Source: an uncultured virus (IMG/VR IMGVR_UViG_2850711898_000002)
Taxonomy: Duplodnaviria; Heunggongvirae; Uroviricota; Caudoviricetes
DNA: 64,000 nt
IMG/VR virus record: IMGVR_UViG_2850711898_000002
Reading direction: 5' to 3' (one strand)
Positions 1 to 11,166 of this stretch are shown in pieces. The position numbers and the translations under genes were made by a program. The notes under the pieces are model-generated. The model had not been told where the DNA came from. It did no database searches and was given only the letters and a program-made list of their open reading frames with translations. Position 1 is the first letter of the stretch, and every line of letters begins with the position of its first letter.

Positions 1-1407
1 TTAATAATCATCTCGATATTCACGTTGTTCAGCGAGATTGTCGAAGCGTGAAAATTGTCCATTAAATTTTAACCGCACTCGACCAATTGGACCGTTACGC
101 TGCTTACCAATAATAATTTCTGCAACACCTTTATCTTCCGAGTTATCGTTATAGACTTCATCTCGGTAAATAAACATAATTAAGTCAGCATCTTGTTCAA
201 TGGAGCCTGATTCACGTAAATCTGAGTTTACAGGGCGTTTGTCCGCGCGTTGTTCTAAAGTACGATTTAACTGAGAAAGGGCGACTACTGGCACTTGTAA
301 TTCTTTGGCGAGTGCTTTGAGGGAGCGAGAAATTTCTGCGATTTCTAGTGTTCGGTTATCTGAAAATGCGGGTGCGCGCATTAATTGTAAGTAATCCACC
401 ATAATCATACTTAATCCACCATTTTCACGATAAACTCGGCGTGCGCGCGAACGAACGTCGGTAGGGGTTAAACCTGAAGAATCATCGATAAAAAGATTAT
501 TTTTTTGTTTGAACATTCCCACTACGCTGGCAATTTTGTTCCATTCAATTTCATCTAAATTTTGACCTGTGCGGATTTTGGTTTGATCAACGCGAGCAAG
601 GGAAGCGATCATACGCATCATAATTTGTTCTGCGGGCATTTCTAAACTAAATACTAAAACAGGTTTTTCACTTGCCATTGCAGCATTTTCGCAAAGGTTC
701 ATTGCGAAAGTGGTTTTACCCATTGATGGACGTGCCGCAACGATAATTAAGTCAGAAGGCTGTAAACCTGCCGTTTTTTTATCAAGATCAGTAAAGCCAG
801 TTGTAACACCAGTCACACCCGAATGATTTTCAAGCTTGCTTAAAATATCGATTTTTTCAATAGTACTTTCCAATACATTGATCACATTCTGCGGGCCTTC
901 GCTAGAAGTTGTCCGTTTTTCTGCAATCGCAAACACTTCACGTTCCGCTTCATCAAGAATTAATTTGATGTCTTGCCCTTTGGGAGAATAACTATTTTCA
1001 GCAATACGATTTCCTACCGAAATAAGTTCTCGTAATATGGCTTTCTCTCTCACAATATCCGCATAAGCCAAAATATTAATTGCGTTCGGGGTATTATTGG
1101 AAAGCTCTGCAAGATAGGCAAACCCCCCCACTTCATCGCTTACACCACGGCTTCTTAAGGCTTGATCTAGCGTAATTAAATCAATAGGCGATTGATTACG
1201 CATTAGATGTTCCATTTCTGTAAAAATCAGACGGTGTTGAAAAGTATAAAAATCGTCAGCAATAACACGTTCAGCAATGCTATCCCAATGTTGATTACTC
1301 AGCAGAATGCCACCCAATACAGCTTGTTCAGCTTCAATTGAGTGCGGGGGAATACTTACTTGTGCCGTTTTTTTGTCAGAAGATTTGATTTGAGGTTGTG
1401 ATGCCAT
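1..1407 (-). CDS. dnaB: replicative DNA helicase
   Basis: PPHSIEAEQAVLG N-terminus, ARPSMGKT Walker A, DLRESGSIEQDAD; likely start MASQPQ at 1407 (ORF track extends to 1449). Confidence 0.98.
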   Translation of the reverse strand: MASQPQIKSSDKKTAQVSIPPHSIEAEQAVLGGILLSNQHWDSIAERVIADDFYTFQHRLIFTEMEHLMRNQSPIDLITLDQALRSRGVSDEVGGFAYLAELSNNTPNAINILAYADIVREKAILRELISVGNRIAENSYSPKGQDIKLILDEAEREVFAIAEKRTTSSEGPQNVINVLESTIEKIDILSKLENHSGVTGVTTGFTDLDKKTAGLQPSDLIIVAARPSMGKTTFAMNLCENAAMASEKPVLVFSLEMPAEQIMMRMIASLARVDQTKIRTGQNLDEIEWNKIASVVGMFKQKNNLFIDDSSGLTPTDVRSRARRVYRENGGLSMIMVDYLQLMRAPAFSDNRTLEIAEISRSLKALAKELQVPVVALSQLNRTLEQRADKRPVNSDLRESGSIEQDADLIMFIYRDEVYNDNSEDKGVAEIIIGKQRNGPIGRVRLKFNGQFSRFDNLAEQREYRDDY

Positions 1408-1545
1408 AGGACTTATTTCGATACTAGAATGTCGCCTATAATACCGCAAATATCTATTGGGTTTAAGTGAAAAGTGCGGTAAAAAAAGGAAATAAAAAAC
1501 GGTGGAAAATCCACCGCTCTTTATTTAAAGTATTCAGATTATTGA

Positions 1546-2982
1546 TTATTCAACAATTAATGTGCGACAAACGTTAGTTTCTGTCGCACCTTGTCCACCC
1601 TGCGTTAGAAGCACTAAATCGCCTACAGATAAATAACCTTTTTCTTTTAATGATTGTAGTGCAGCTTTTGCACCAGCTTCAGTACGGCTATCTTCACCAT
1701 AGAAAACAGGGGTTACACCGCGGTATAGTGCACAAAGGTTCAAAGTTTCTTGATGACGAGATAATGCAAAGATTGGTAAACCAGAACTAATACGAGACAT
1801 TAATAAAGGTGTACGGCCTGAGCTTGTTAATGTAACGATAGCAGCAACACCTTTCATATGGTTTGCTGCATACATTGCAGACATAGCAACAGATTCTTCA
1901 ATGGCTTCAAATTCTTTATCCATACGGTGACGAGAAACATTAATGCTTGGCATTTTTTCTGCCCCTAAACATACGCCCGCCATTGCCACTACTGTTTCAG
2001 AAGGATACTGACCTGCTGCTGTTTCAGCAGAAAGCATAACCGCATCAGTACCATCTAATACTGCGTTTGCAACGTCCATCACTTCAGCACGAGTTGGCAT
2101 TGGGTTGCTAATCATTGATTCCATCATTTGAGTTGCTGTAATTACTGCACGATTTAATTGACGTGAACGACGGATTAATTTTTTCTGCACGCCAACTAAT
2201 TCGGGATCGCCAATTTCCACACCTAAATCACCACGAGCAACCATAATTACATCAGATGCTAAAATAATATCGTCCATTGCCTCATCATTAGCAACAGTTT
2301 CTGCACGTTCAACTTTAGCAACGATTTTTGCATTTAAACCAGCTTGTTGAGCAAGTTCACGCGCATAATTTAGGTCAGCACTTGAACGAGGGAAAGAAAC
2401 AGCTAAGAAATCAACGCCAATGCGTGCAGCGGTAATAATGTCTGCTTTATCTTTTTCTGTTAATGCATCTGCAGATAAACCGCCACCTAATTTGTTGATA
2501 CCTTTATTATTTGATAATGGACCGCCAACAGTGACTTCGGTGAAAACTTTTGCACCATCAGTTGATAATACTTTTAATTGAACACGGCCATCATCTAATA
2601 AAAGAATATCGCCTGGCACAACATCTTGTGGAAGCGTTTTATAGTCTAAACCAACAGATTCTTGTGTACCTTCGCCTTTTGGCAATTCCGCATCAAGAAT
2701 GAATTTATTACCAACGCTTAAGAAAATTTTACCGTCTTTAAAGGTAGAAACACGAATTTTAGGACCTTGTAAATCACCTAAGATTGCCACGGTTTTACCT
2801 AATTTTTTCGCAATAGAACGTACACGTTCTGCTCGTTCGATATGATCTTCAGGTGTACCGTGAGAGAAGTTCATACGAACTACGTTAGCACCCGCTGCGA
2901 TAATTTTTTCAAGATTGTTATCACGGTCAGTTGATGGGCCCATAGTACATACAATCTTCGTTCTTCTTAGTCTTCTAGACAT
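1546..2982 (-). CDS. pykA: pyruvate kinase II
   Basis: [36 protein letters not shown] motifs. Confidence 0.97.
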   Translation of the reverse strand: MSRRLRRTKIVCTMGPSTDRDNNLEKIIAAGANVVRMNFSHGTPEDHIERAERVRSIAKKLGKTVAILGDLQGPKIRVSTFKDGKIFLSVGNKFILDAELPKGEGTQESVGLDYKTLPQDVVPGDILLLDDGRVQLKVLSTDGAKVFTEVTVGGPLSNNKGINKLGGGLSADALTEKDKADIITAARIGVDFLAVSFPRSSADLNYARELAQQAGLNAKIVAKVERAETVANDEAMDDIILASDVIMVARGDLGVEIGDPELVGVQKKLIRRSRQLNRAVITATQMMESMISNPMPTRAEVMDVANAVLDGTDAVMLSAETAAGQYPSETVVAMAGVCLGAEKMPSINVSRHRMDKEFEAIEESVAMSAMYAANHMKGVAAIVTLTSSGRTPLLMSRISSGLPIFALSRHQETLNLCALYRGVTPVFYGEDSRTEAGAKAALQSLKEKGYLSVGDLVLLTQGGQGATETNVCRTLIVE

Positions 2983-3210
2983 TATTTACTCCGTCAATAA
3001 TTACAAAATTTTAAAGGTATTATTTTATTTCGCTACATCTTAGCCAGATAAAAAATCGGTGCGCATTATACGCTTAAAAATTTGGGAAATCAAAAACAGC
3101 CCTGTTAGTTAAGGCAAGACTGTTTACTTTTTTGCCAGTTATATCGAGTTTTAAGAAAAATACTTGTTTTCAGATTAAAAATATCTATAATTCCAAACAC
3201 TTTATACAGT

Positions 3211-3287
3211 GCGACTATAGCTCAGTTGGTTAGAGCACCACCTTGACATGGTGGGGGTCACTGGTTCGAGTCCAGCTAGTCGCACCA
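3211..3287 (+). tRNA. tRNA-Val(GAC)
   Basis: 77-nt cloverleaf GCGACTA...TAGTCGC-ACCA, anticodon loop TTGACAT, T-loop GGTTCGAGTCC. Confidence 0.97.
3274..3287 (+). repeat. attL core AGCTAGTCGCACCA
   Basis: Identical 14-mer at 36792-36805. Confidence 0.9.
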
Positions 3288-3459
3288 TCTCTATTTTTCT
3301 CTATTCCCCAATTCTCAGAGAAAAATAGATAAAATATAAGTAAAAACAATAACTTATATAATTTCACACACTAAAACGCACCTTCTTTTTTATATCAAAA
3401 TCGCCTAAAAGGTAGTATTTTCATACCGATTGGGATCGATTTCGATCTGTTCTATACTC

Positions 3460-3500
3460 CATTGCACACATTTTTGCACACGTGCATTGCACACATTTTT
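3460..3500 (+). repeat. putative integrase arm-type sites (CATTGCACACATTTTT x2)
   Basis: Direct repeats at 3460-3475 and 3485-3500; related ATTGCACAGATTT near the other att at ~36743. Confidence 0.6.
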
Positions 3501-3512
3501 ATGGAGTAAACA

Positions 3513-4514
3513 ATGGCGACAATTATCAAGAATGGCAAGCGTTGGCGCGCACAAGTGCGCAAGTTTGGCGTGAGCAAATCAGCCACTTTTTTGACTCAAG
3601 CAGACGCAAAAAAATGGGCAGAAATGCTCGAAAAACAGCTCGAATCAGGAAAGTATAATGAAATCCCTGATATTACATTGGATGAACTGATTGATAAGTA
3701 TCTAAAAGAAGTCACTGTAACCAAGCGCGGGAAACGTGAAGAGCGGATAAGATTATTGCGTCTTTCTCGCACTCCGCTTGCAGCAATATCCTTACAAGAA
3801 ATAGGAAAAGCACATTTCCGTGAGTGGCAAAATCAACGATTAAAAGAAGTCTCTCCAGCAACAGTTTTGCGTGAACGTAGTTCGCTTTCAGCTCTGATGG
3901 CCAAAGCGATTGAATGGGATTTTATAACAGAAAACCCCCTAAAATATCTTGAGAAACCAAAAGCGCCAGCACCTAGAACTCGTCGATATGATGAACACGA
4001 AATTGAGCGTCTGATTTTTGTGTCAGGTTATGATGTCGAACATATTGAACCGCCAAAAACCTTACAAAATCGCACTGGCGCGGCATTTCTTTTTGCGATA
4101 GAAACAGCAATGAGAGCAGGGGAAATAGCAAGTTTAACTTGGAATAATATCAATTTTGAAAAGCGCACTGCCTTTTTGCCAATTACTAAAAATGGACATT
4201 CACGCACGGTGCCTCTTTCGGTAAAAGCAATAGAGATTTTACAACATCTTACTTCGGTAAAAACAGAAAGTGACCCGCGAGTATTCCAAATGGAAGCACG
4301 CCAACTGGATCACAACTTCCGCAAGCTCAAAAAGATGGCAGGACTTGAAAATGCCAATTTACATTTTCACGACACCCGCCGTGAAGCCTTAACCAGATTG
4401 GCAGAAAAAGTGGATGTAATGGTATTAGCCAAAATATCGGGCCATAGAGATCTCAGTATTCTGCAAAATACCTATTACGCACCTGATATGGCAGAAATTG
4501 CTCAACGGCTATAA
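3513..4514 (+). CDS. int: tyrosine integrase of prophage 1
   Basis: R(AMRAGE)-K(TKNG)-HxxR(HDTR)-H(GH)-Y catalytic set intact. Confidence 0.95.
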   Translation: MATIIKNGKRWRAQVRKFGVSKSATFLTQADAKKWAEMLEKQLESGKYNEIPDITLDELIDKYLKEVTVTKRGKREERIRLLRLSRTPLAAISLQEIGKAHFREWQNQRLKEVSPATVLRERSSLSALMAKAIEWDFITENPLKYLEKPKAPAPRTRRYDEHEIERLIFVSGYDVEHIEPPKTLQNRTGAAFLFAIETAMRAGEIASLTWNNINFEKRTAFLPITKNGHSRTVPLSVKAIEILQHLTSVKTESDPRVFQMEARQLDHNFRKLKKMAGLENANLHFHDTRREALTRLAEKVDVMVLAKISGHRDLSILQNTYYAPDMAEIAQRL

Positions 4515-4517
4515 AAC

Positions 4518-4546
4518 AAAGGCGGGGTTTAATCCCCGCCTTTTTC
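4518..4546. terminator. bidirectional intrinsic terminator between int and xis-like gene
   Basis: AAAGGCGGGG-ttta-atCCCCGCCTTTTT hairpin. Confidence 0.8.
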
Positions 4547-4832
4547 AAATTCTTGCTTTTCGCTTTTTATGTTTCAAACAGAATGAAACAACCTCACCTG
4601 ATACATATAAATCTTTGCTTTTCCCACCTGTCCGCCCAGAAATTGCCACAGCAGCGGGGAAGAAAGGACTAGCGATAACATTTCTGCGAGTATGATCCAT
4701 ACTAAATCCGAAATATTTGGCGACATCATCAATAGTCCATAATTCACGGCTATGTTCATTGATAATAGGTTTTTGCAATAAAGCCTCGATTGAAGCGAGT
4801 TTCTCCATCATTTGTTCATTCGTTATCATCAC
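4545..4832 (-). CDS. excisionase-like HTH protein
   Basis: LWTIDDVAKYFGFS winged-HTH pattern, convergent with int. Confidence 0.65.
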   Translation of the reverse strand: MMITNEQMMEKLASIEALLQKPIINEHSRELWTIDDVAKYFGFSMDHTRRNVIASPFFPAAVAISGRTGGKSKDLYVSGEVVSFCLKHKKRKARI

Positions 4833-5350
4833 AAATCCCCCTCTTTCACAAACACGCCATCAATCATACGTCCCTTGCGGTCTTTGATTTCATTCCAAGC
4901 TGCTTGCACACAATCTGTTAGCATTAAATTATATTTTCTGCTAATTAATTTAAGTGATAAGCAAGGACACCCAAATATAGCATCAACTTTTGTCGGTATT
5001 TCTAGGTTTTGACCCATTAATTCACTTGCTAGCATACCAAGGCTAACGACTGTTTCTGCGATAATTTCTTCAACGTCTAATTTAAAAACAGGTTGAAATG
5101 AATCTAGATTACTAATTGTTTCTAAGACGCTATCAATATGATTTTGCTTAGCCAAAATCACCATCACCACAAAACAATCCCCAATGCTATCCTTAATTAC
5201 ATCAGGTTTATTTTTTGCTACGCCACTACATAGCTCACCAAATTCTTCCATCAATTTAATAAATTGTGTCTGCGGTGTAGAACCCTCAATCAAATTGCGA
5301 TCTTCTGCCCATTGTTCGATGTTTTTAATAAGTTGTTGTAAACCTGCCAT
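4829..5350 (-). CDS. MazG-like nucleotide pyrophosphohydrolase
   Basis: KLMEEFGEL...DSIGD and AWNEIKDRKG motifs. Confidence 0.85.
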   Translation of the reverse strand: MAGLQQLIKNIEQWAEDRNLIEGSTPQTQFIKLMEEFGELCSGVAKNKPDVIKDSIGDCFVVMVILAKQNHIDSVLETISNLDSFQPVFKLDVEEIIAETVVSLGMLASELMGQNLEIPTKVDAIFGCPCLSLKLISRKYNLMLTDCVQAAWNEIKDRKGRMIDGVFVKEGDL

Positions 5351-5362
5351 TTTTCTTTCCTT

Positions 5363-5572
5363 TCAATCTCTACGTTTAATCACATTAGGTACTTCCACAA
5401 TTAGGACTCGCTCAGGTGGAATTTTTAAATATTTTCTGTAATGGTCTGCGATTTCTTCTGCTTCGCTATAAGTCACGGTTGTTCGACTTTCTCTCCCAAC
5501 TTGCCATTCTCTAGCAAATTCACACTCCAGCACCACGTATCGCTTACTATCAATTAACTGAATATTGGTCAT
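5363..5572 (-). CDS. phage hypothetical protein
   Basis: ORF in early operon, AAGGA RBS before MTNIQ. Confidence 0.55.
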   Translation of the reverse strand: MTNIQLIDSKRYVVLECEFAREWQVGRESRTTVTYSEAEEIADHYRKYLKIPPERVLIVEVPNVIKRRD

Positions 5573-5582
5573 GGTATTTTCC

Positions 5583-5774
5583 TTAATCCTGCGGAACATT
5601 TTCAATCTTTACCCATTTAGGTTCATTTCTATGAGAACCAACAACATTTAACCATCTACTCCATAATGTTCCGTCATTACACAGTGCAACAATTGTTTCT
5701 GACGTCTCTAAATCATCACGGTCATTGTCATAAGCCATACATTCAGCCACTGCAATTTGAACAATTTTTCTCAT
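5583..5774 (-). CDS. phage hypothetical protein
   Basis: IVQIA...ALCNDGTLW pattern common in small phage proteins. Confidence 0.6.
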   Translation of the reverse strand: MRKIVQIAVAECMAYDNDRDDLETSETIVALCNDGTLWSRWLNVVGSHRNEPKWVKIENVPQD

Positions 5775-5792
5775 TTTTAATCTCACTTTTAA

Positions 5793-7982
5793 TTAATTTA
5801 CTCTAAAACCCCCCAAGCTCTTGCCCCAACCAAAGGCTTGAGCCAACGGAATTTTTTCTTCTTTTATGAAAACTTCATCGTTTTCACAACAAATCCACCG
5901 ATAGTCATTAAGCCGTAACCGTCCATGGCGCATTAAAAGGTCAATTTGTGACGGTTTTAATGGCGAACCGATAGGCAACATCAATAAATTAACTTGCTGT
6001 TCAATTTTTGAGCGGTTACAGTTATTGACACAAGTCCAAGCGGCGCGATGCGCCTTGTTTGTTTCGGTGGACTCCGAATTAAGTGCGGTGGAACCCAACG
6101 CACTTTTCGCTGATTTAATTACCCAGTTTTTTAATTTGGTGATGATTTTCTTTTCTGTGAATCTGTTTTTTACCCCCACAATTTTCTTACGAATCTCCCC
6201 GTATTTATTCGGTTCGCATTCCTCATACTCAATACAAATCGGCTGATCACAACGTTTTGTCATTGCGCCACCTTGCACTTTTAAATAACTACCAAAACAA
6301 CTCACATCTGCCACCGTACGACCAATATCCAATACTTCATCGTCCGCAGTTGCTGCCATGGCATCATCAATTTTGCGAAGTTCACGCCACGTCGAAATTG
6401 ACGGTGTGCCGTAAAACTGGAATTGACGAATGCCCCAAAGATTTGCCCACGCACTCACACGTTGCACATTTTCAAGTAATGTCAGATTTTCTACTTCATC
6501 GGACATTTCTTTACCTTGTTTACCTGCATAGATATTTTTGGCGATGTATTTCGCCACATAGCCAATGGCAGAACCTTTGGTTGGATCAATTTCTTCTACG
6601 TTGAAACGGTATTTTTTCGCTCCGAATTCATCGCCATCTAATTCCAATGCTTTCTTGCGGAATAGATGAATAACGTCATCTTTATGTTCAGGTTTTACAT
6701 ACATCAGCAAGTGCCAATGCGGTGTGCCATCGTGATGGGGTTCAACGCCACGAAAGCCAAAAAAACCGATTCCACGTTTGGCAAACTGTGCACGCAACTG
6801 TGCCCACACTTTATTTAAGTAACGTTGCGTATCACGAGGGCTTGCACCTTGCCATTTTTTATTGTTTTTGCCTGTTTCATGCGTTGCGTGAAAAGAGGAT
6901 GGGGCAGTCAGCGTAAAAAAGAGTGACACAAATGAATTTTCTATCGCCCATTCATCAATACCACGCAAGCGGTTCATGGTTTCCTGGAAACGGATAGCAG
7001 GATTTGCCACCGATTTTTTCCACATTTCAATCAACGGCATTTGTTCGGTGCTATCGTCTAAATTTTCCAACACCATTTGTTGCAGATATTCGAGGTTATC
7101 TGCACGTTGTGCACGGTAGTCATTAAATGCGGTTTGCGACACATAAGGGCTCACTTTTGCCGATACTGCACCACAGCCGATCTCCACATGTTCTTTCAAC
7201 CGTCTTTGTGCCGTAGTGAGTTGGCGTTTCCAATGTGTTGGGCAAACTGATTTATTGAGATCAACCTCAATGTCATTCGCATCTAAGAAACGGTTATCTT
7301 GATAAGCGAACCAATGTTTTAAGGGAAAACCAATATCCGCACACACTTCGCCCACTAAGCGATAAAGGTCACGAGAAAGTGCGGTAAAATCATCAAAAGA
7401 TATTTCCCCACGTTCTTTCCGCTCCGCTTGTTCAGTGACAAAATCAGACTGTAATTTCGTAAACAACAGGGCTAATTTGTCTGCCATTTCTTTTAGCTGA
7501 TGTTCGCTTAACAAATAAAACGGAAAGTTAGCCGCCTTTTTGCCTTTTGAGAGGGCGATCACTTGTGAATATGTATCACGGTCAATCAACCAATCAAGGC
7601 TAACGTGATAATGTTGAAAAACGGCTTTCAAGCGATTAGTGAGGATTTCACGCAAATAGGTATTCGCATACGCTGCCTGTTTATTGCCGAATTTAAACCC
7701 GATAGAGCCATCATCTTTCAAGCCGTTGAACGCACGCAACCACACATGGCGAAAATGCTCACGTTGGCGTTTGCGAGGGAGCGCAGAAAGCAGTTTTTCA
7801 ACATAATCGAACTGGTGGGGCGCAACAGAAAACAATTCCATTTGCGCCGATGTCGCTTGAGCAGCATCTAAAGTGCGGTCAACATTCACCGCACTTTGCA
7901 TCATCACTGCACGTGCTTCTGCCATCGCTTGCTCACGTTTAGCAAGATTGGCATTGCACTCAAGTTCCCAGTTCATCATCAA
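5793..7982 (-). CDS. P2 gpA-like rolling-circle replication endonuclease
   Basis: TLTAPSSFH, EPHHDGTPHWH (HUH), YVAKYIAKNI, WGIRQFQF. Confidence 0.95.
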   Translation of the reverse strand: MMMNWELECNANLAKREQAMAEARAVMMQSAVNVDRTLDAAQATSAQMELFSVAPHQFDYVEKLLSALPRKRQREHFRHVWLRAFNGLKDDGSIGFKFGNKQAAYANTYLREILTNRLKAVFQHYHVSLDWLIDRDTYSQVIALSKGKKAANFPFYLLSEHQLKEMADKLALLFTKLQSDFVTEQAERKERGEISFDDFTALSRDLYRLVGEVCADIGFPLKHWFAYQDNRFLDANDIEVDLNKSVCPTHWKRQLTTAQRRLKEHVEIGCGAVSAKVSPYVSQTAFNDYRAQRADNLEYLQQMVLENLDDSTEQMPLIEMWKKSVANPAIRFQETMNRLRGIDEWAIENSFVSLFFTLTAPSSFHATHETGKNNKKWQGASPRDTQRYLNKVWAQLRAQFAKRGIGFFGFRGVEPHHDGTPHWHLLMYVKPEHKDDVIHLFRKKALELDGDEFGAKKYRFNVEEIDPTKGSAIGYVAKYIAKNIYAGKQGKEMSDEVENLTLLENVQRVSAWANLWGIRQFQFYGTPSISTWRELRKIDDAMAATADDEVLDIGRTVADVSCFGSYLKVQGGAMTKRCDQPICIEYEECEPNKYGEIRKKIVGVKNRFTEKKIITKLKNWVIKSAKSALGSTALNSESTETNKAHRAAWTCVNNCNRSKIEQQVNLLMLPIGSPLKPSQIDLLMRHGRLRLNDYRWICCENDEVFIKEEKIPLAQAFGWGKSLGGFRVN

Positions 7983-7988
7983 GAATCC

Positions 7989-8297
7989 TTACATTGCCGT
8001 ATTGGCTAAATATTCACTGTGATATTCAAAATATTCTTTGATTTTGTTGTTGGTCGAACTCACTGCACTGAGTAATTCTTCCAAACTCAACATTTCATAT
8101 TGGGCTAAGTCATAACGGCGTACTTCTTCGATTGCACCCCAAATTGTGTTGTGTAAATTGCCCACCGTTCTTGTTTTTTGTTTGCCATACCAACTATCTT
8201 GATCGCCAATTACTTCAACCACTTGAAAGCGAGTGCCGATGGGTAAAATTTCTAGCGTTGCGCCGCAATCTAGGGCGATACAAATATTGTTTTCCAT
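7989..8297 (-). CDS. phage hypothetical protein
   Basis: ORF with GGAG RBS in early operon. Confidence 0.6.
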   Translation of the reverse strand: MENNICIALDCGATLEILPIGTRFQVVEVIGDQDSWYGKQKTRTVGNLHNTIWGAIEEVRRYDLAQYEMLSLEELLSAVSSTNNKIKEYFEYHSEYLANTAM

Positions 8298-8422
8298 TAT
8301 TCTTCTTCTCCTTTACCAACGGCTATCTAGCACGTCCGTAATAAACTCAATTAATCCCATTACCGTCACAGCCACGCCAAGAACGGCAAACAGCACCACG
8401 AAAAACATCACTAAACAACTTG

Positions 8423-8665
8423 TCATTTTCTTTTCTCTCTCCAGTCCGCCCATTCGGCGTGTTTTTTCATTAATTCTCGTTTCGCTTGAATTGCAATATC
8501 GCCCAAACGGATATATTCACTAAATGCCGTATTCGCTGATTGTTCATCGCCCTTATCTAAGTGGTAGAAATAAGCGAACAATTGTTCTTGCGCATTATCT
8601 AGCTTGTGATAAACATCTTTTGCACAAAAAGACAAAGCACCACGGCTTAAAATTATTGCTGCCAT
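8423..8665 (-). CDS. phage hypothetical protein
   Basis: Tightly packed early-operon ORF. Confidence 0.6.
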   Translation of the reverse strand: MAAIILSRGALSFCAKDVYHKLDNAQEQLFAYFYHLDKGDEQSANTAFSEYIRLGDIAIQAKRELMKKHAEWADWREKRK

Positions 8666-8668
8666 TTG

Positions 8669-9052
8669 TTATTCCCCCATCGTCTTATCAATTTGAGTAA
8701 ATTCCCGCTCTGTTACGCCTTGTGAAAACATTCCCGAAAGTAACCGCACTTTACGTAGTGCACGGGCTATTTTGCGTTGTCCTTGTTCTGTGTAGTGATG
8801 GAGCTTAGTGCCTGTTAAATGCCCTGCACGTAAATCTGAAAAATCTAAATCGGCTAATTCCAACAGCATTTCTCGAAAGCCTTGTTGTAAACCGTCAAAC
8901 TCTCGTTCTACACGGAATTGGCTTTTGCTTAACGAGTGCAGCACATCATCAAAACTTCGGATTTCAGGCACCTTTACTTGATTAACACGGCACCATTTTT
9001 CAGCGGCAGATTCCGTTTCATCGTCAAAGCAATAAGGCATTAAGGCCATCAC
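8669..9052 (-). CDS. phage hypothetical protein
   Basis: Tightly packed early-operon ORF. Confidence 0.6.
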   Translation of the reverse strand: MMALMPYCFDDETESAAEKWCRVNQVKVPEIRSFDDVLHSLSKSQFRVEREFDGLQQGFREMLLELADLDFSDLRAGHLTGTKLHHYTEQGQRKIARALRKVRLLSGMFSQGVTEREFTQIDKTMGE

Positions 9053-9066
9053 TCACCCCCATTCAT

Positions 9067-9327
9067 TTATTTACGGAACCACCGTGCAAAGCGTTGGAAA
9101 ATACTTTGTTCACGTGCCCACTGTTCTTCTTCAAGTAACGCAATGCGATCACTGAGTGATTCATTCAGCAATACTTGCTGTGCATTCACGTTTGCCTGGT
9201 GAGAAATTGCTCGTTGCAACAGTTGAATGTTGCGAGCCTGTTCTTGCACGGTTTTGTTTAACTGCCACACATTCACACGGTTATGGCGTTTTTTACCGTT
9301 GTCATACACATAATTACTGCTTGCCAT
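9067..9327 (-). CDS. phage coiled-coil hypothetical protein
   Basis: AGGAG RBS, heptad-rich sequence. Confidence 0.6.
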   Translation of the reverse strand: MASSNYVYDNGKKRHNRVNVWQLNKTVQEQARNIQLLQRAISHQANVNAQQVLLNESLSDRIALLEEEQWAREQSIFQRFARWFRK

Positions 9328-9419
9328 TTGCTCAAACTCCTAAATTTTGGTTGCAAAAAATCCTGTCGAATGAATTTCTTCAAACGACCATGTTTAAATT
9401 ACGGTTGGAAAATTAAGAA

Positions 9420-9710
9420 CTAATCCGTAGGGATTTCGATTTGCCGTTCGTCTATTGCAGGTAGCTTACCTTGCTTACGCATTTGACGTTCTTTTGCCCA
9501 CTGTTCGGCTGTTTTGAAATTCTGAATTAATGCCGGTGTAAATGTACCGATACTAATATTGCGAATTTCTGTCCAGAGTTCGAAATGAACTCGACCACAG
9601 CTTTTGCAATAGCATTCAGAAACAATGGTATTTTCTGCCTTTCTAGAGGTTCTCGTCCCAATCTGATCGCTACCACATCCTGGACATAATGCATCGACTT
9701 TTGCTGCCAT
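9420..9710 (-). CDS. Ogr/Delta-like zinc-finger late transcription activator
   Basis: CPGCG...TRTSR...YCKSCG C4 finger; start MAAKVD after GAAGG. Confidence 0.75.
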   Translation of the reverse strand: MAAKVDALCPGCGSDQIGTRTSRKAENTIVSECYCKSCGRVHFELWTEIRNISIGTFTPALIQNFKTAEQWAKERQMRKQGKLPAIDERQIEIPTD

Positions 9711-9836
9711 ATCACACACCTTCTTCTGTCCTATACTCTCCACATTCCCCAATATGGATTGCACGGTTATTAAAATTAAAAGATAATCAACACCATAAAC
9801 CACGACACCATTGAAAATAACGCCACGAGGTATGCC

Positions 9837-10079
9837 ATGCTGACTCGATTTTTACGATTTCTCATATTTATCCTTAACTGGTCTATTGTTGCCGGAATCG
9901 TTTGGATTAATGTCATCTTACTGAGTGACTCACCATTTGTTACCGTATTTAATTACACGTTTAATCAACACCAACTCCGCTTTTTCAATTTCTTACTTTT
10001 TGTTTTCTTTACTTACAAAGAACGCCACTGCATAAAACAAGAAATCATTCGTTTCGTTCGTTGGTTTAAAAATCTTTAA
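9837..10079 (+). CDS. small membrane protein, antisense to early operon
   Basis: GAGG RBS, two hydrophobic segments. Confidence 0.55.
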   Translation: MLTRFLRFLIFILNWSIVAGIVWINVILLSDSPFVTVFNYTFNQHQLRFFNFLLFVFFTYKERHCIKQEIIRFVRWFKNL

Positions 10080-10315
10080 TTCCCTTCAAACACCTGTTTC
10101 AAACTTTCGTAAATTGTTGGCCAATCTACATCGGGTCTTAGTTCGGTTGGGTTTACTTCAAATTTTGTGGCTTGGATGATGGATGGTATGTATTTCACAT
10201 CCATCTTTGAGCCATTTAGCCAAAGATTTACAGCTTGCTGTGAAACTTTGCACATACTTGCCAATTTAACTTGTGTTCCGCAAATAAAAATAGCTTTTTC
10301 AATAGAATTATTCAT
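10076..10315 (-). CDS. cro: Cro-like (YdaS-type) repressor
   Basis: QVKLASMCKVSQQAVNLW HTH, ELRPD motif, divergent from cI. Confidence 0.85.
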   Translation of the reverse strand: MNNSIEKAIFICGTQVKLASMCKVSQQAVNLWLNGSKMDVKYIPSIIQATKFEVNPTELRPDVDWPTIYESLKQVFEGN

Positions 10316-10319
10316 TATT

Positions 10320-10420
10320 AATAACAAGTAAACTTACCTTTTACATAAATAATACTACTTTACTTGTTTAAATTCAACAAGTTTTTTTACCTTGAATTCT
10401 ACAAGTTTAATTGTAGAATT
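10320..10420. promoter_or_regulatory. cI/cro operator region of prophage 1
   Basis: Repeated ACAAG/CTTGT half-sites, best TACAAGTTTAATTGTA at 10400-10415. Confidence 0.65.
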
Positions 10421-10450
10421 GAAGATAATTTAATCTAAGTAGGGGATGGT

Positions 10451-11158
10451 ATGAAATTTGATACGCTAGCAGAAAGACTCAGATATATGATGGATTTTAA
10501 TGCATTATCTCAACAGTCATTAGCTGATAAAGTCGGAGTTTCTCAACAAGCAATAGGGCAAATTCTGAAAGGAGAGATCAGTAACCCTAAAAAAATACTT
10601 GAAATATCAACCGCACTTGGTGTTAATCCGCATTGGTTAAAAACTGGGCGTGGACCAATTGAACCAACTGCACAAGGAGCATCTATTCAGTCTTTAGTAA
10701 GTACAGACAGCGACGAACATCATCGTTTTCGTGTTGATTATCTTGATGTGCAAGCGGCAGCAGGGCATTCAGGGATTGAAAATGCAGACTATCCCGAAGT
10801 GATTCAGTCTATTTATTTTTCCAAGGAAGGATTATTAGAAATCGTGGGTAAAAGTACCAATGATGGTATCAGCCTCATTAATGTGCCGACTGATAGTATG
10901 GTGCCAACCATCAATAAAGGCGACATTGTTTTTGTTGATACCAAAGTCAATTATTACACTGGCGAGGGCGTGTATTTCTTTTTGCTCAACGGCGGTGCTT
11001 ACATTAAACGTTTGATGAAATTACCCACTGGGGTTTACCGAGCCATATCCGATAACAGTGTTTATCCTGATTTTGATATATCAGACGAGTTATTTGATTC
11101 CGCTGTAATTATCGGTAAATTTATTAAAGTGCTACCGATTAATCCGAAGGATTTATAG
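10451..11158 (+). CDS. cI: CI-like repressor (HTH + S24 peptidase)
   Basis: XRE HTH, AAAG cleavage site, DSM serine and IKRL lysine. Confidence 0.92.
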   Translation: MKFDTLAERLRYMMDFNALSQQSLADKVGVSQQAIGQILKGEISNPKKILEISTALGVNPHWLKTGRGPIEPTAQGASIQSLVSTDSDEHHRFRVDYLDVQAAAGHSGIENADYPEVIQSIYFSKEGLLEIVGKSTNDGISLINVPTDSMVPTINKGDIVFVDTKVNYYTGEGVYFFLLNGGAYIKRLMKLPTGVYRAISDNSVYPDFDISDELFDSAVIIGKFIKVLPINPKDL

Positions 11159-11166
11159 GGGGGAAT

